Positions 48,330 to 54,845 of a stretch of 54,845 bases of DNA are shown in pieces (the stretch's first letter is position 1; each line of letters starts with the position of its first letter). The position numbers and the translations under genes are program-made. Origin of the DNA: Candidatus Micrarchaeia archaeon (GTDB lineage Archaea; Micrarchaeota; Micrarchaeia; CABMEP01). Below the pieces are notes generated by a model. The model was not told the origin of the DNA, did not search any database, and was given only the letters and a program-made list of their open reading frames with translations. Where the stretch lies: assembly GCA_038886535.1 (NCBI GenBank), contig JAVZXS010000004.1, positions 1-54,845 of the forward strand. The letters are read 5' to 3'.

Positions 48330-49211
48330 TCATCTCTTTTTCTTACCTTTTAGTTTTCCAGTCTTGTTTGACTTCTTTTGAATAATTGCTTTTTTGCCTT
48401 GTACTGCTTTCTTCGATTTTAGATGCTTAGCTTTAATAGATGACTTTCTGTTTAAATTATTATTTAACTTCTTATTTAACTTTATGTTTGATTTCTTAGT
48501 TAGCCTCTTACTTACTGCAGTTTTAGCCTTTGTTTTAGATTTAGATACTTCTTCTATCTTTGTCATCTCTGCCATCTTTGCCTGGAGTTCTTTTATCCTA
48601 ATTTCTTCCTGCCGTTTACGTTCTTCGAACTTTTTTATGTCTTCAAGTAAAGAAATGTGTTTGGATTTTAGTTCATTAAGCTCTTTTTCATACTTATCTT
48701 TTAAATCTCTTTCTTTCTCTAAGAGTTTATTTTCGCAATTTGGACACCTAAACATCATATCAGCTGCAAGATCAAAACTTATTAGATTTGTTTTTGAGCA
48801 CTGTGGACAGTAATATACAAACTCTGTATTCATTTTCTCTACTGTTTTATCGAGCTCCTCTATTCTGTTTATTGTTTGTTCCTTTATTATGTTAAGAATG
48901 TTAGATACATCTATCTTCCATATGTAGGAAAACCAGCCAGTCTCCCTGTCTTTTATTCTCTTATATTCTGCCATTTTATAGTTGTAAAGCTTATTTAGTA
49001 TTGCTCTTACTTCCGCAACTTTAAGTTTGCATCTTGCTGCGATTGCATCATCTGTCATTTCTTCCATAGCGGCGGAAATTACTTTTATTGAGTTCTCACC
49101 AAAATTAGTTTTTAGATATTCAGTAACCAGTGGATTATAAAGAAGCTCTGTTTCAAGTTTGATTTGACTTTTTAATGCCTCTTCTTTTATATCTTTGATA
49201 TCCATTTCCAT
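48330..49211 (-). CDS. tfe: Transcription factor E (TFE alpha) with long Lys-rich C-terminal tail
   Basis: wHTH TDDAIA..VRAILNKLY..YKRIKDRETGWFSYIW; Zn ribbon CPQC..FRCPNC. Confidence 0.92.
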   Translation of the reverse strand: MEMDIKDIKEEALKSQIKLETELLYNPLVTEYLKTNFGENSIKVISAAMEEMTDDAIAARCKLKVAEVRAILNKLYNYKMAEYKRIKDRETGWFSYIWKIDVSNILNIIKEQTINRIEELDKTVEKMNTEFVYYCPQCSKTNLISFDLAADMMFRCPNCENKLLEKERDLKDKYEKELNELKSKHISLLEDIKKFEERKRQEEIRIKELQAKMAEMTKIEEVSKSKTKAKTAVSKRLTKKSNIKLNKKLNNNLNRKSSIKAKHLKSKKAVQGKKAIIQKKSNKTGKLKGKKKR

Positions 49212-49352
49212 TCAATCTAGCCTCACTGGGTGCATCGTATAGTGTTTATTTTTAATCACATTTTTTTATGCTTCATATATAATGTATTTTGTTATTTAAA
49301 TTCTTTTCTAAATTTTTAAGCATATATAAAAAGGTTTCTTTTTATATCTCGA

Positions 49353-50102
49353 TTAAGAACTGTTTTTTGAATTGTTTTTACCCCATTCTACAATCAAAGC
49401 GTGAAACTCATTGAAAATTTTAAATTTGTCTTTATTTGATAAACCTGAAAATGCTGAATGAACCATATCTTGAATAATGTGGTACTCTTTTTCATGTGAC
49501 ATATTTCCAGCTTGTAGCAAACCTTCTTTTCTGAAAAGTCTTTTTGTATATGTATCTACCACAAATATAGGTAAATTATAAGCGTATAAAAGGATAGAAT
49601 CCGCAGTCTCAAAACCAACTCCATGTACACCAAGAAGATTCTTTCGTGCTTCAAGGATTTTGGCTTCCTCTTCTTTTGAATCGATCAATTCTCTGTTAAG
49701 CTTCTTAAGCTTATTATCATTTTTCATAAACCATAATGATATATTCTTTAATCTTTCTGCTTTTTGATTGAAATAACCTGCTGGACGAATCTTTTCAGCT
49801 AGTATTTTTTCATCTAAACTTACTATTGCTTCTGGAGATATTAAATTAAAATAAAATAAGTTTTCCAATGCTTTCTCAACATTTTTCCAGTTTGTATTTT
49901 GAGTTAATATTGCTCCTATGATAATTTCAAATCTTTGTTCCTTTGATTGAGGATAAGTAAAAATTCCCTTATGATATCCTCTTTCATCGAATCCTTTCTT
50001 TCCTGCTAATGATTTTATTGGCCACCAGCCCTGTTGACCATAATTTGAAAGTAATTTATTATATATTTCTATAATCTTTAATTCCTTTGATTGGGAAGGC
50101 AT
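49353..50102 (-). CDS. HhH-GPD endonuclease III-related protein (no Fe-S cluster motif)
   Basis: GWWP, FEIIIGAILTQNTNWKNVEKAL, GVGFETADSILLYA, FVVDTYTKR, EFHALIVEWGK. Confidence 0.88.
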   Translation of the reverse strand: MPSQSKELKIIEIYNKLLSNYGQQGWWPIKSLAGKKGFDERGYHKGIFTYPQSKEQRFEIIIGAILTQNTNWKNVEKALENLFYFNLISPEAIVSLDEKILAEKIRPAGYFNQKAERLKNISLWFMKNDNKLKKLNRELIDSKEEEAKILEARKNLLGVHGVGFETADSILLYAYNLPIFVVDTYTKRLFRKEGLLQAGNMSHEKEYHIIQDMVHSAFSGLSNKDKFKIFNEFHALIVEWGKNNSKNSS

Positions 50103-50167
50103 AAAAACACCAGATAGACTTTTTATTTTGATTTGAATTAGTCATGATATAGTTTGGCTGAAAAACA

Positions 50168-50875
50168 CTATTTTTTATTAAGTAATGATTTAAGAAAACT
50201 TAGCATTGATTTTTTCTCCTTCTTTGTCTTAACAAGATCCAATCGCTTCAGTATTACCATAACTGTTTGCAATGCCATCTTTGGAGGTATTCCTCTCTTT
50301 ATCTCTCTTTCCAGTAATTCCTTTGCAATATCTTTTACAGGTTCTAACATTCCTTTCTTCCTTGCATCATCAAGAAGCTTCTTTATCTGCTCCTTTTCCT
50401 TCCTTATCATTTCTTGCGCCTTTTCTTTCTCTAACTTTTCTTTAATCTTTGCCTCTTTGATTTCCTTTTCTCCGATCTTTTTTATTTCTTCCTTCCTCTG
50501 TTTTATTGCCTCTTCCTCTTGTCTGATTTTTTCTTCAGCCTTTTTTATTTCCTCTGTAATTCTCTCTTTCTCTTTTTCAATCTCTTTTTTCCTCTCTTCC
50601 TCAATCAGCTTTACTGCAAGCGATTCCTTTACAACAGGCTCATATTTTTCAGAAGCAAGCGTTCCTTTTATATGTACTTTCATGTATCCTACTTCAACAA
50701 TAGGTTTTGCCTCTCCAAAAGACATTTCTTTCATTTCTCCTTTTGCAATTGCATCCTTCTTTGCTTCTGTTTTGTGGTGTAGTTCTTCCTTTGACTGCTG
50801 CTCTTTTTTCTTTTTCTCTTCCTCTCTTCTTTTCTTTTCTCTTTCCTCTTCTTCTTTAACTGCCAAAGATGCCAT
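50168..50875 (-). CDS. Hypothetical low-complexity Glu/Lys-rich protein
   Basis: 235-aa ORF co-oriented with its neighbours; purine-rich coding strand typical of this genome. Confidence 0.6.
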   Translation of the reverse strand: MASLAVKEEEEREKKRREEEKKKKEQQSKEELHHKTEAKKDAIAKGEMKEMSFGEAKPIVEVGYMKVHIKGTLASEKYEPVVKESLAVKLIEEERKKEIEKEKERITEEIKKAEEKIRQEEEAIKQRKEEIKKIGEKEIKEAKIKEKLEKEKAQEMIRKEKEQIKKLLDDARKKGMLEPVKDIAKELLEREIKRGIPPKMALQTVMVILKRLDLVKTKKEKKSMLSFLKSLLNKK

Positions 50876-50906
50876 TAAATAGATATCAAAAAAAGGTATT
50901 TTATTA

Positions 50907-51863
50907 TTAACGTTTCTGTTTGTTTTTTACCATAGTAGTCTTCGCCCATTCAAAAGTAAGCCTTATTCCATCTGAAATAGAAACTGAAGGTAAGAAACCT
51001 AATTCTCTCTTGGCTCTGCTTATATCAAGATATGTATCTCTGACCTCTCCTTTTATTGCATCTTCTCTTTTTATCATTATCCTTTTGCCTACTATTTTTT
51101 CAATCTCTTTTGCTATTTGATTTATTGAAGTAGGAATTCCTGTTCCTATATTGAATATTTTGAAGTTTCCTCTGTAAATTAAAGAAAGAATGTTTGCATT
51201 CACTACATCATTAACAAAAATAAAATCCCTTGTTTGATTCCCATCTCCAAATATTGTTAATGGTTCCTCTGATAAAGCGTTTTTTATGAATATTGCAATA
51301 ACTCCTGCCTCTCCAAGAAAATCCTGCCTTGGACCATAAACATTTGCATATCTTAATGTTATGTAATCTAATCCATAAATTGAATTGTAAACTGAAAGAT
51401 AGCTCTCCACAGCAAATTTTGATGCTCCGTAATGAGAGAGAGGTTTTATTTTATGTTCTTCTGGTGCTGGTAGCTTATTAGGCTCACCATAAACTGCCCC
51501 GCCTGATGATGAATATATTATTCTTTTTACACCATAGTCTTTGCAATATTCCAAAAGATTCAGTGAACCCACTACATTTACAGATTCATCGTAGAAAGGA
51601 TCTTTGATTGATTTTCTTACATTTATCTGTGCAGCTAAATGATAAACTATCTCTGGTCTTTCTTTTTCAAAAAGAGACTTTAATTTTAAACTGTCTCTCA
51701 AATCGATATTATAAAAAACAGCATTTTCATTTATATTTTCAATCTTTCCTGTTGAGAGATTATCTAAAACTATAACTTCGTGATTTTTTCTGATTAAAGT
51801 ATCAACAAGATTTGAGCCTATAAATCCAGCTCCACCCGTCACAAGAATCTTCATAAAATTCAA
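50907..51863 (-). CDS. galE: NAD-dependent epimerase/dehydratase (UDP-glucose 4-epimerase-like)
   Basis: VTGGAGFIGS, HLAAQ, SSGGAVYG, YGASK, LRYANVYGPRQ, GDGNQTRDF. Confidence 0.9.
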   Translation of the reverse strand: MNFMKILVTGGAGFIGSNLVDTLIRKNHEVIVLDNLSTGKIENINENAVFYNIDLRDSLKLKSLFEKERPEIVYHLAAQINVRKSIKDPFYDESVNVVGSLNLLEYCKDYGVKRIIYSSSGGAVYGEPNKLPAPEEHKIKPLSHYGASKFAVESYLSVYNSIYGLDYITLRYANVYGPRQDFLGEAGVIAIFIKNALSEEPLTIFGDGNQTRDFIFVNDVVNANILSLIYRGNFKIFNIGTGIPTSINQIAKEIEKIVGKRIMIKREDAIKGEVRDTYLDISRAKRELGFLPSVSISDGIRLTFEWAKTTMVKNKQKR

Positions 51864-51877
51864 CTTTTATTTAGAAG

Positions 51878-51952
51878 CGGGCCCGGTGGGATTTGAACCC
51901 ACGACTTTTCGGTTAAGAGCCGAACGCTCTGGCCAAACTGAGCTACGGGCCC
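51878..51952 (-). tRNA. tRNA-Lys(CTT)
   Basis: Reverse complement GGGCCCGTAGCTCAGTTTGGCCAGAGCG-TTCGG-CTCTTAA-CCGAA-AAGTCGTGGGTTCAAATCCCACCGGGCCCG. Confidence 0.97.
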
Positions 51953-52085
51953 ATTTAAAAGAGTAGAAAATTAAATAGTAATTAAATAATATGAAATAAT
52001 AAATAAAAATATTCGCTTTTTAGCTTTAGATAATCACATGAAATTAACTTTAGGAACAAATATAAAGATAAGTTAGAAATAATAA

Positions 52086-52772
52086 GTGAGATATATGGTG
52101 GAATACATAGATTTTGACAAACTTATAGATAGATATCTTCATAGGGAACTCAAACAAAGAATAGAAAATAGATACTATCCTTCTGAAATTGGGCAGTGCT
52201 TAAGAAAGTCTTGGTTTAACATTAAAATACCAAAACCAGTAGAGCCAGAAGTTACTAAAGTATTTGAGGCAGGAAATTTATTTCATGCATTCATAGTAGA
52301 AGTTCTAAAGAGTGAAAAAAACCCTGAAGTAAAACTTATAGAAAGTGAATTGCCTTTGAAATATAAAATAGATGAATTCGAAGTAATTGGTAGAATTGAT
52401 GATCTTATACAATTAGAACATAATGGGGAAAAGGTCCTTGTTGAGGTTAAGTCAACAAAATCATTAGATACACTTAAAGAACCTTCAGAATCATATGTAA
52501 TGCAACTACAATTCTACATGCATGTAACTGGCGTAAAAAACGGTGCAATACTATATATAGAGAAAAACACGTTAAAAAGTAAGGCGTTTTTCTTAGAATA
52601 CGACCCCACTATTGCAGAAAAGATAATTGAAAGATTCAAAAAATTACACCATTCTGTTAAGAACAATGAAATTCCAGAACCAGAGGCTAAATTAGATTTA
52701 AAGAAAAGATGGATGTGTAATTTCTGTCCTTATAGACAAGAATGTGATGGAATAGAAAAAGGAGAACAATGA
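52086..52772 (+). CDS. Stand-alone Cas4-like PD-(D/E)xK nuclease
   Basis: YPSEIGQCLRK, GNLFH, GRIDD, VEVKS, QLQFYM, CNFCPYRQEC (1+3 Cys Fe-S motif); no cas1/cas2 or array nearby. Confidence 0.85.
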   Translation: MRYMVEYIDFDKLIDRYLHRELKQRIENRYYPSEIGQCLRKSWFNIKIPKPVEPEVTKVFEAGNLFHAFIVEVLKSEKNPEVKLIESELPLKYKIDEFEVIGRIDDLIQLEHNGEKVLVEVKSTKSLDTLKEPSESYVMQLQFYMHVTGVKNGAILYIEKNTLKSKAFFLEYDPTIAEKIIERFKKLHHSVKNNEIPEPEAKLDLKKRWMCNFCPYRQECDGIEKGEQ

Positions 52773-52791
52773 TATTTGAAATGGTGATAAA

Positions 52792-53235
52792 ATGAAAGAA
52801 TACAGACCTACTGCTGTTGATGTTGTAGTAATCCATAATAATGAAATACTTCTTATAAAAAGAAAAAAACCTCCTTTTATAGGAAAATGGTGTTTACCTG
52901 GAGGGTTCGTAGAAATTAATGAAGATATTGAACATGCAGCAATAAGAGAAACAAAAGAAGAGACTGGAGTTGATATTGAATTATTAGGTATAATTGGTGT
53001 ATATTCAAGCCCTAAAAGGGATAAAAGACATACTATAAGCATAGCATTTCTTGCATTTCCAAAAGATAATACTATTAATTTGATTAAAAATGAGGAAGTT
53101 AAAGAGGTAAAATGGTTTGATTTAGATAAAGTACCAAAACTTGGTTTCGATCATAATGAAATAATTAAAGATGCTATTAAATTGTATACATCGATGCAAT
53201 GCCATGGTTGTGAACATTGTATGGGCTGTGAATGA
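52792..53235 (+). CDS. NUDIX hydrolase with C-terminal Cys tail
   Basis: Nudix box GGFVEINEDIEHAAIRETKEETG; ends CHGCEHCMGCE. Confidence 0.92.
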   Translation: MKEYRPTAVDVVVIHNNEILLIKRKKPPFIGKWCLPGGFVEINEDIEHAAIRETKEETGVDIELLGIIGVYSSPKRDKRHTISIAFLAFPKDNTINLIKNEEVKEVKWFDLDKVPKLGFDHNEIIKDAIKLYTSMQCHGCEHCMGCE

Positions 53236-53345
53236 TATTCTAACCTCTATATTAACTCTACTTTTAGGTGTTACAGAAAGAATTATATATTTTATAATAT
53301 AATATTAATTCTGCTATTCTACAGTATTTAGTGTCTATATAATAA

Positions 53346-53456
53346 GGGCCGGTAGCTCAGCCAGGTCAGAGCGACAGTCTTATATGGCGCGTTCTGATAT
53401 ATTCAGAACTGGTTTAGGATAACTGTAGGTCCGGAGTTCAAATCTCCGCCGGCCCA
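53346..53456 (+). tRNA. tRNA-Ile(TAT) with 36-nt intron at position 37/38 (53385-53420)
   Basis: GGGCCGG/CCGGCCC-A; anticodon stem ACAGT/ACTGT, loop CT-TAT-A|intron|A; bulge-helix-bulge with CTTA pairing to TAGG. Confidence 0.9.
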
Positions 53457-53471
53457 CTTAAAGGTTTCAAA

Positions 53472-53771
53472 ATGAACAAGAGAGAGCTGGTTCTTGAGAG
53501 AATAGAATGGCTTCTTGAACTAGCAGAAAAATATGTAAAAACGAAAGAAGAAAGAACTAAAAGATATGTATCTCTTGCAAGGAAGCTCTCTTCAAGATAC
53601 AGGGTTGCTATTCCGAAAAGATTTAAAAAAAGAATATGCAAGATATGTAATATAATATGGATTCCAGGATATAATGTTAAAATAAAATTAAACAAGCGAA
53701 GCAAGTCCGTTGAATATGTGTGCTCATGCGGATCAGTGCGACGCTTTGGATATGCTAAAAAGAGGGATTGA
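53472..53771 (+). CDS. rnp4: RNase P protein subunit Rpp21
   Basis: ERIEWL..RYVSLARKLS..KKRICKIC..WIPG..CSCGSVRRFGY. Confidence 0.92.
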   Translation: MNKRELVLERIEWLLELAEKYVKTKEERTKRYVSLARKLSSRYRVAIPKRFKKRICKICNIIWIPGYNVKIKLNKRSKSVEYVCSCGSVRRFGYAKKRD

Positions 53772-53772
53772 A

Positions 53773-54189
53773 ATGATTACTGCGTTTGATGTAGAACCGA
53801 ATAAACTGATAAAGGGAGTTGCTCAGAAGCTCAAACAGGATGGATTGGTTAACCCACCTGAATGGATAATATATGTTAAAACAGGATCACACAGAGAAAG
53901 AGTTCCACAAGATGAAGACTTCTGGTATATAAGATGTGCAGCTATATTGAGGGCTCTTTATATTCACGGTCCTATGGGTGTCAACACTCTTAGAGAAAGA
54001 TTCGGAGGAAAACCTGGAAGTAAAAGCGGAAGAATGCATGCTACCAAAGCTGGTGGTTCTATCATCAGAAAAGCATTGCAACAACTTGAGAAAGCAAACT
54101 TGATAGCAAAAGACAAAAAAGGAAGGTGTATTTCAAATAAAGGGATCTCTCTTCTTAATAACGTAGCAAAGCAGGTTTCAAACCAATAA
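53773..54189 (+). CDS. rps19e: Ribosomal protein S19e
   Basis: PPEWIIYVKTGSHRERVPQDEDFWYIRCAAILR, GGSIIRKALQQLE; start at the ATG at 53773. Confidence 0.96.
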   Translation: MITAFDVEPNKLIKGVAQKLKQDGLVNPPEWIIYVKTGSHRERVPQDEDFWYIRCAAILRALYIHGPMGVNTLRERFGGKPGSKSGRMHATKAGGSIIRKALQQLEKANLIAKDKKGRCISNKGISLLNNVAKQVSNQ

Positions 54190-54201
54190 GAAGGTGGGAT
54201 C

Positions 54202-54471
54202 TTGGAGGAAGATAAAGTTCTAGCTGCACAACAGGCTGAACTCCAGCTAAAAAAGACATTGAGTGTTATTTTGGAAGATGATGCTTATACTCGTCTTATG
54301 AATGTAAGACTTTCCAATCCAGAACTTTATCTAAAGGTTGCAAATGCATTAATTCATTATTACCAAAAAATAAGAAGAAGAGTAACTGAAAAAGAATTAT
54401 TAACGATACTAAATATGAATTTGGCTGTTTCAAAACAGCCAGAAACTAAAATTCATATAAGGAGGAAATAA
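54202..54471 (+). CDS. PDCD5/TFAR19-like DNA-binding protein
   Basis: ILEDDAYTRLMNVRLSNPE..ELLTIL..KIHIRRK; canonical position between rps19e and rpl39e. Confidence 0.85.
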   Translation: MEEDKVLAAQQAELQLKKTLSVILEDDAYTRLMNVRLSNPELYLKVANALIHYYQKIRRRVTEKELLTILNMNLAVSKQPETKIHIRRK

Positions 54472-54472
54472 T

Positions 54473-54640
54473 ATGGGAAGCAAAAAATCTGCTCAAAAGA
54501 AAAAGAGATTGGTCAGTGCAGCTAAATCAGCAAGACCTGTTCCAATCTTTGTTAGGTTGAAAACTGGAAGAAGAGTAAATACAACTCCGTCAAGAAGACA
54601 TTGGAGAAGCCAAAAACTTAGAGCAAGAGAGAAAGAATAG
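54473..54640 (+). CDS. rpl39e: Ribosomal protein L39e (missed by the ORF track)
   Basis: MGSKKSAQKKKRLVSAAKSARPVPIFVRLKTGRRVNTTPSRRHWRSQKLRAREKE*. Confidence 0.92.
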   Translation: MGSKKSAQKKKRLVSAAKSARPVPIFVRLKTGRRVNTTPSRRHWRSQKLRAREKE

Positions 54641-54648
54641 GTGATCGT

Positions 54649-54845
54649 ATGGAAAAATTAATGATTTTAAATTTAAAGAAGGCTTACGAAAAGCCAAGAA
54701 CAAAAAGAAGACAAGTTGTAATTAAGCTACTTAGGGAATTAGCGGCAAGACATGCTAAGGCAAATTATTTTGATGTTAAAATTGATAATGCAGTCACAAA
54801 AGAGATATACAAAAATGGAAGTAGATTTCCACTAAAAAGAATTAA
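54649..54845 (+). CDS. rpl31e: Ribosomal protein L31e (partial, runs off window)
   Basis: MEKLMILNLKKAYEKPRTKRRQVVIKLLRELAARH..VKIDNAVTKEIYKNG; follows rpl39e. Confidence 0.88.
   Translation, partial: MEKLMILNLKKAYEKPRTKRRQVVIKLLRELAARHAKANYFDVKIDNAVTKEIYKNGSRFPLKRI

Noticed and set aside
50154..50882. 242-aa plus-strand Phe/Ser-rich ORF
   Set aside because: Antisense shadow of the Glu/Lys-rich minus-strand gene. The same applies to the many other antisense ORFs in the track (e.g. 1220..1678, 9163..9630, 48394..48813).
51878..53456. Integrated element or CRISPR locus around the Cas4-like gene
   Set aside because: No integrase, no duplicated tRNA 3' end (att site), no repeat-spacer array and no other cas genes.

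Overview
AT-rich archaeal chromosomal segment, most consistent with a DPANN archaeon, probably Candidatus Micrarchaeota. This is inferred from the archaeal r-proteins, aIF2-gamma, Cdc6, class I LysRS, an unlinked 5S rRNA, tRNAs without encoded CCA and an intron-containing tRNA-Ile(UAU). Both flanks are mostly housekeeping: rpl7ae-rps28e-rpl24e, aIF2g-rps6e, cdc6, sec61b, rpl21e-rpo4-DUF655-ksgA, lysS, pus10, dtdA, rpo6, tfe, rnp4-rps19e-PDCD5-rpl39e-rpl31e, four tRNAs and 5S rRNA. The centre (about 15.5-36.1 kb) is a ~20 kb cell-envelope locus. It holds six tandem paralogous polytopic membrane proteins with CedA/VirB6-like motifs, co-oriented with a membrane-anchored protein and a 2791-aa predicted lipoprotein (cupredoxin-fold repeats, 14 Cys-rich repeats, a glycoside-hydrolase-like C-terminus). 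A divergent 1042-aa single-pass coiled-coil protein follows. This locus is my best candidate for an undescribed cell-contact/translocation system. Other notable items: a single-repeat (half) TBP, a full-length bacterial-type RelA/SpoT, an orphan IspE-like kinase, a TspO gene broken by one amber codon, and an AbrB-domain gene that appears to start at ATT. All family calls come from motif recognition by eye; no searches were run.
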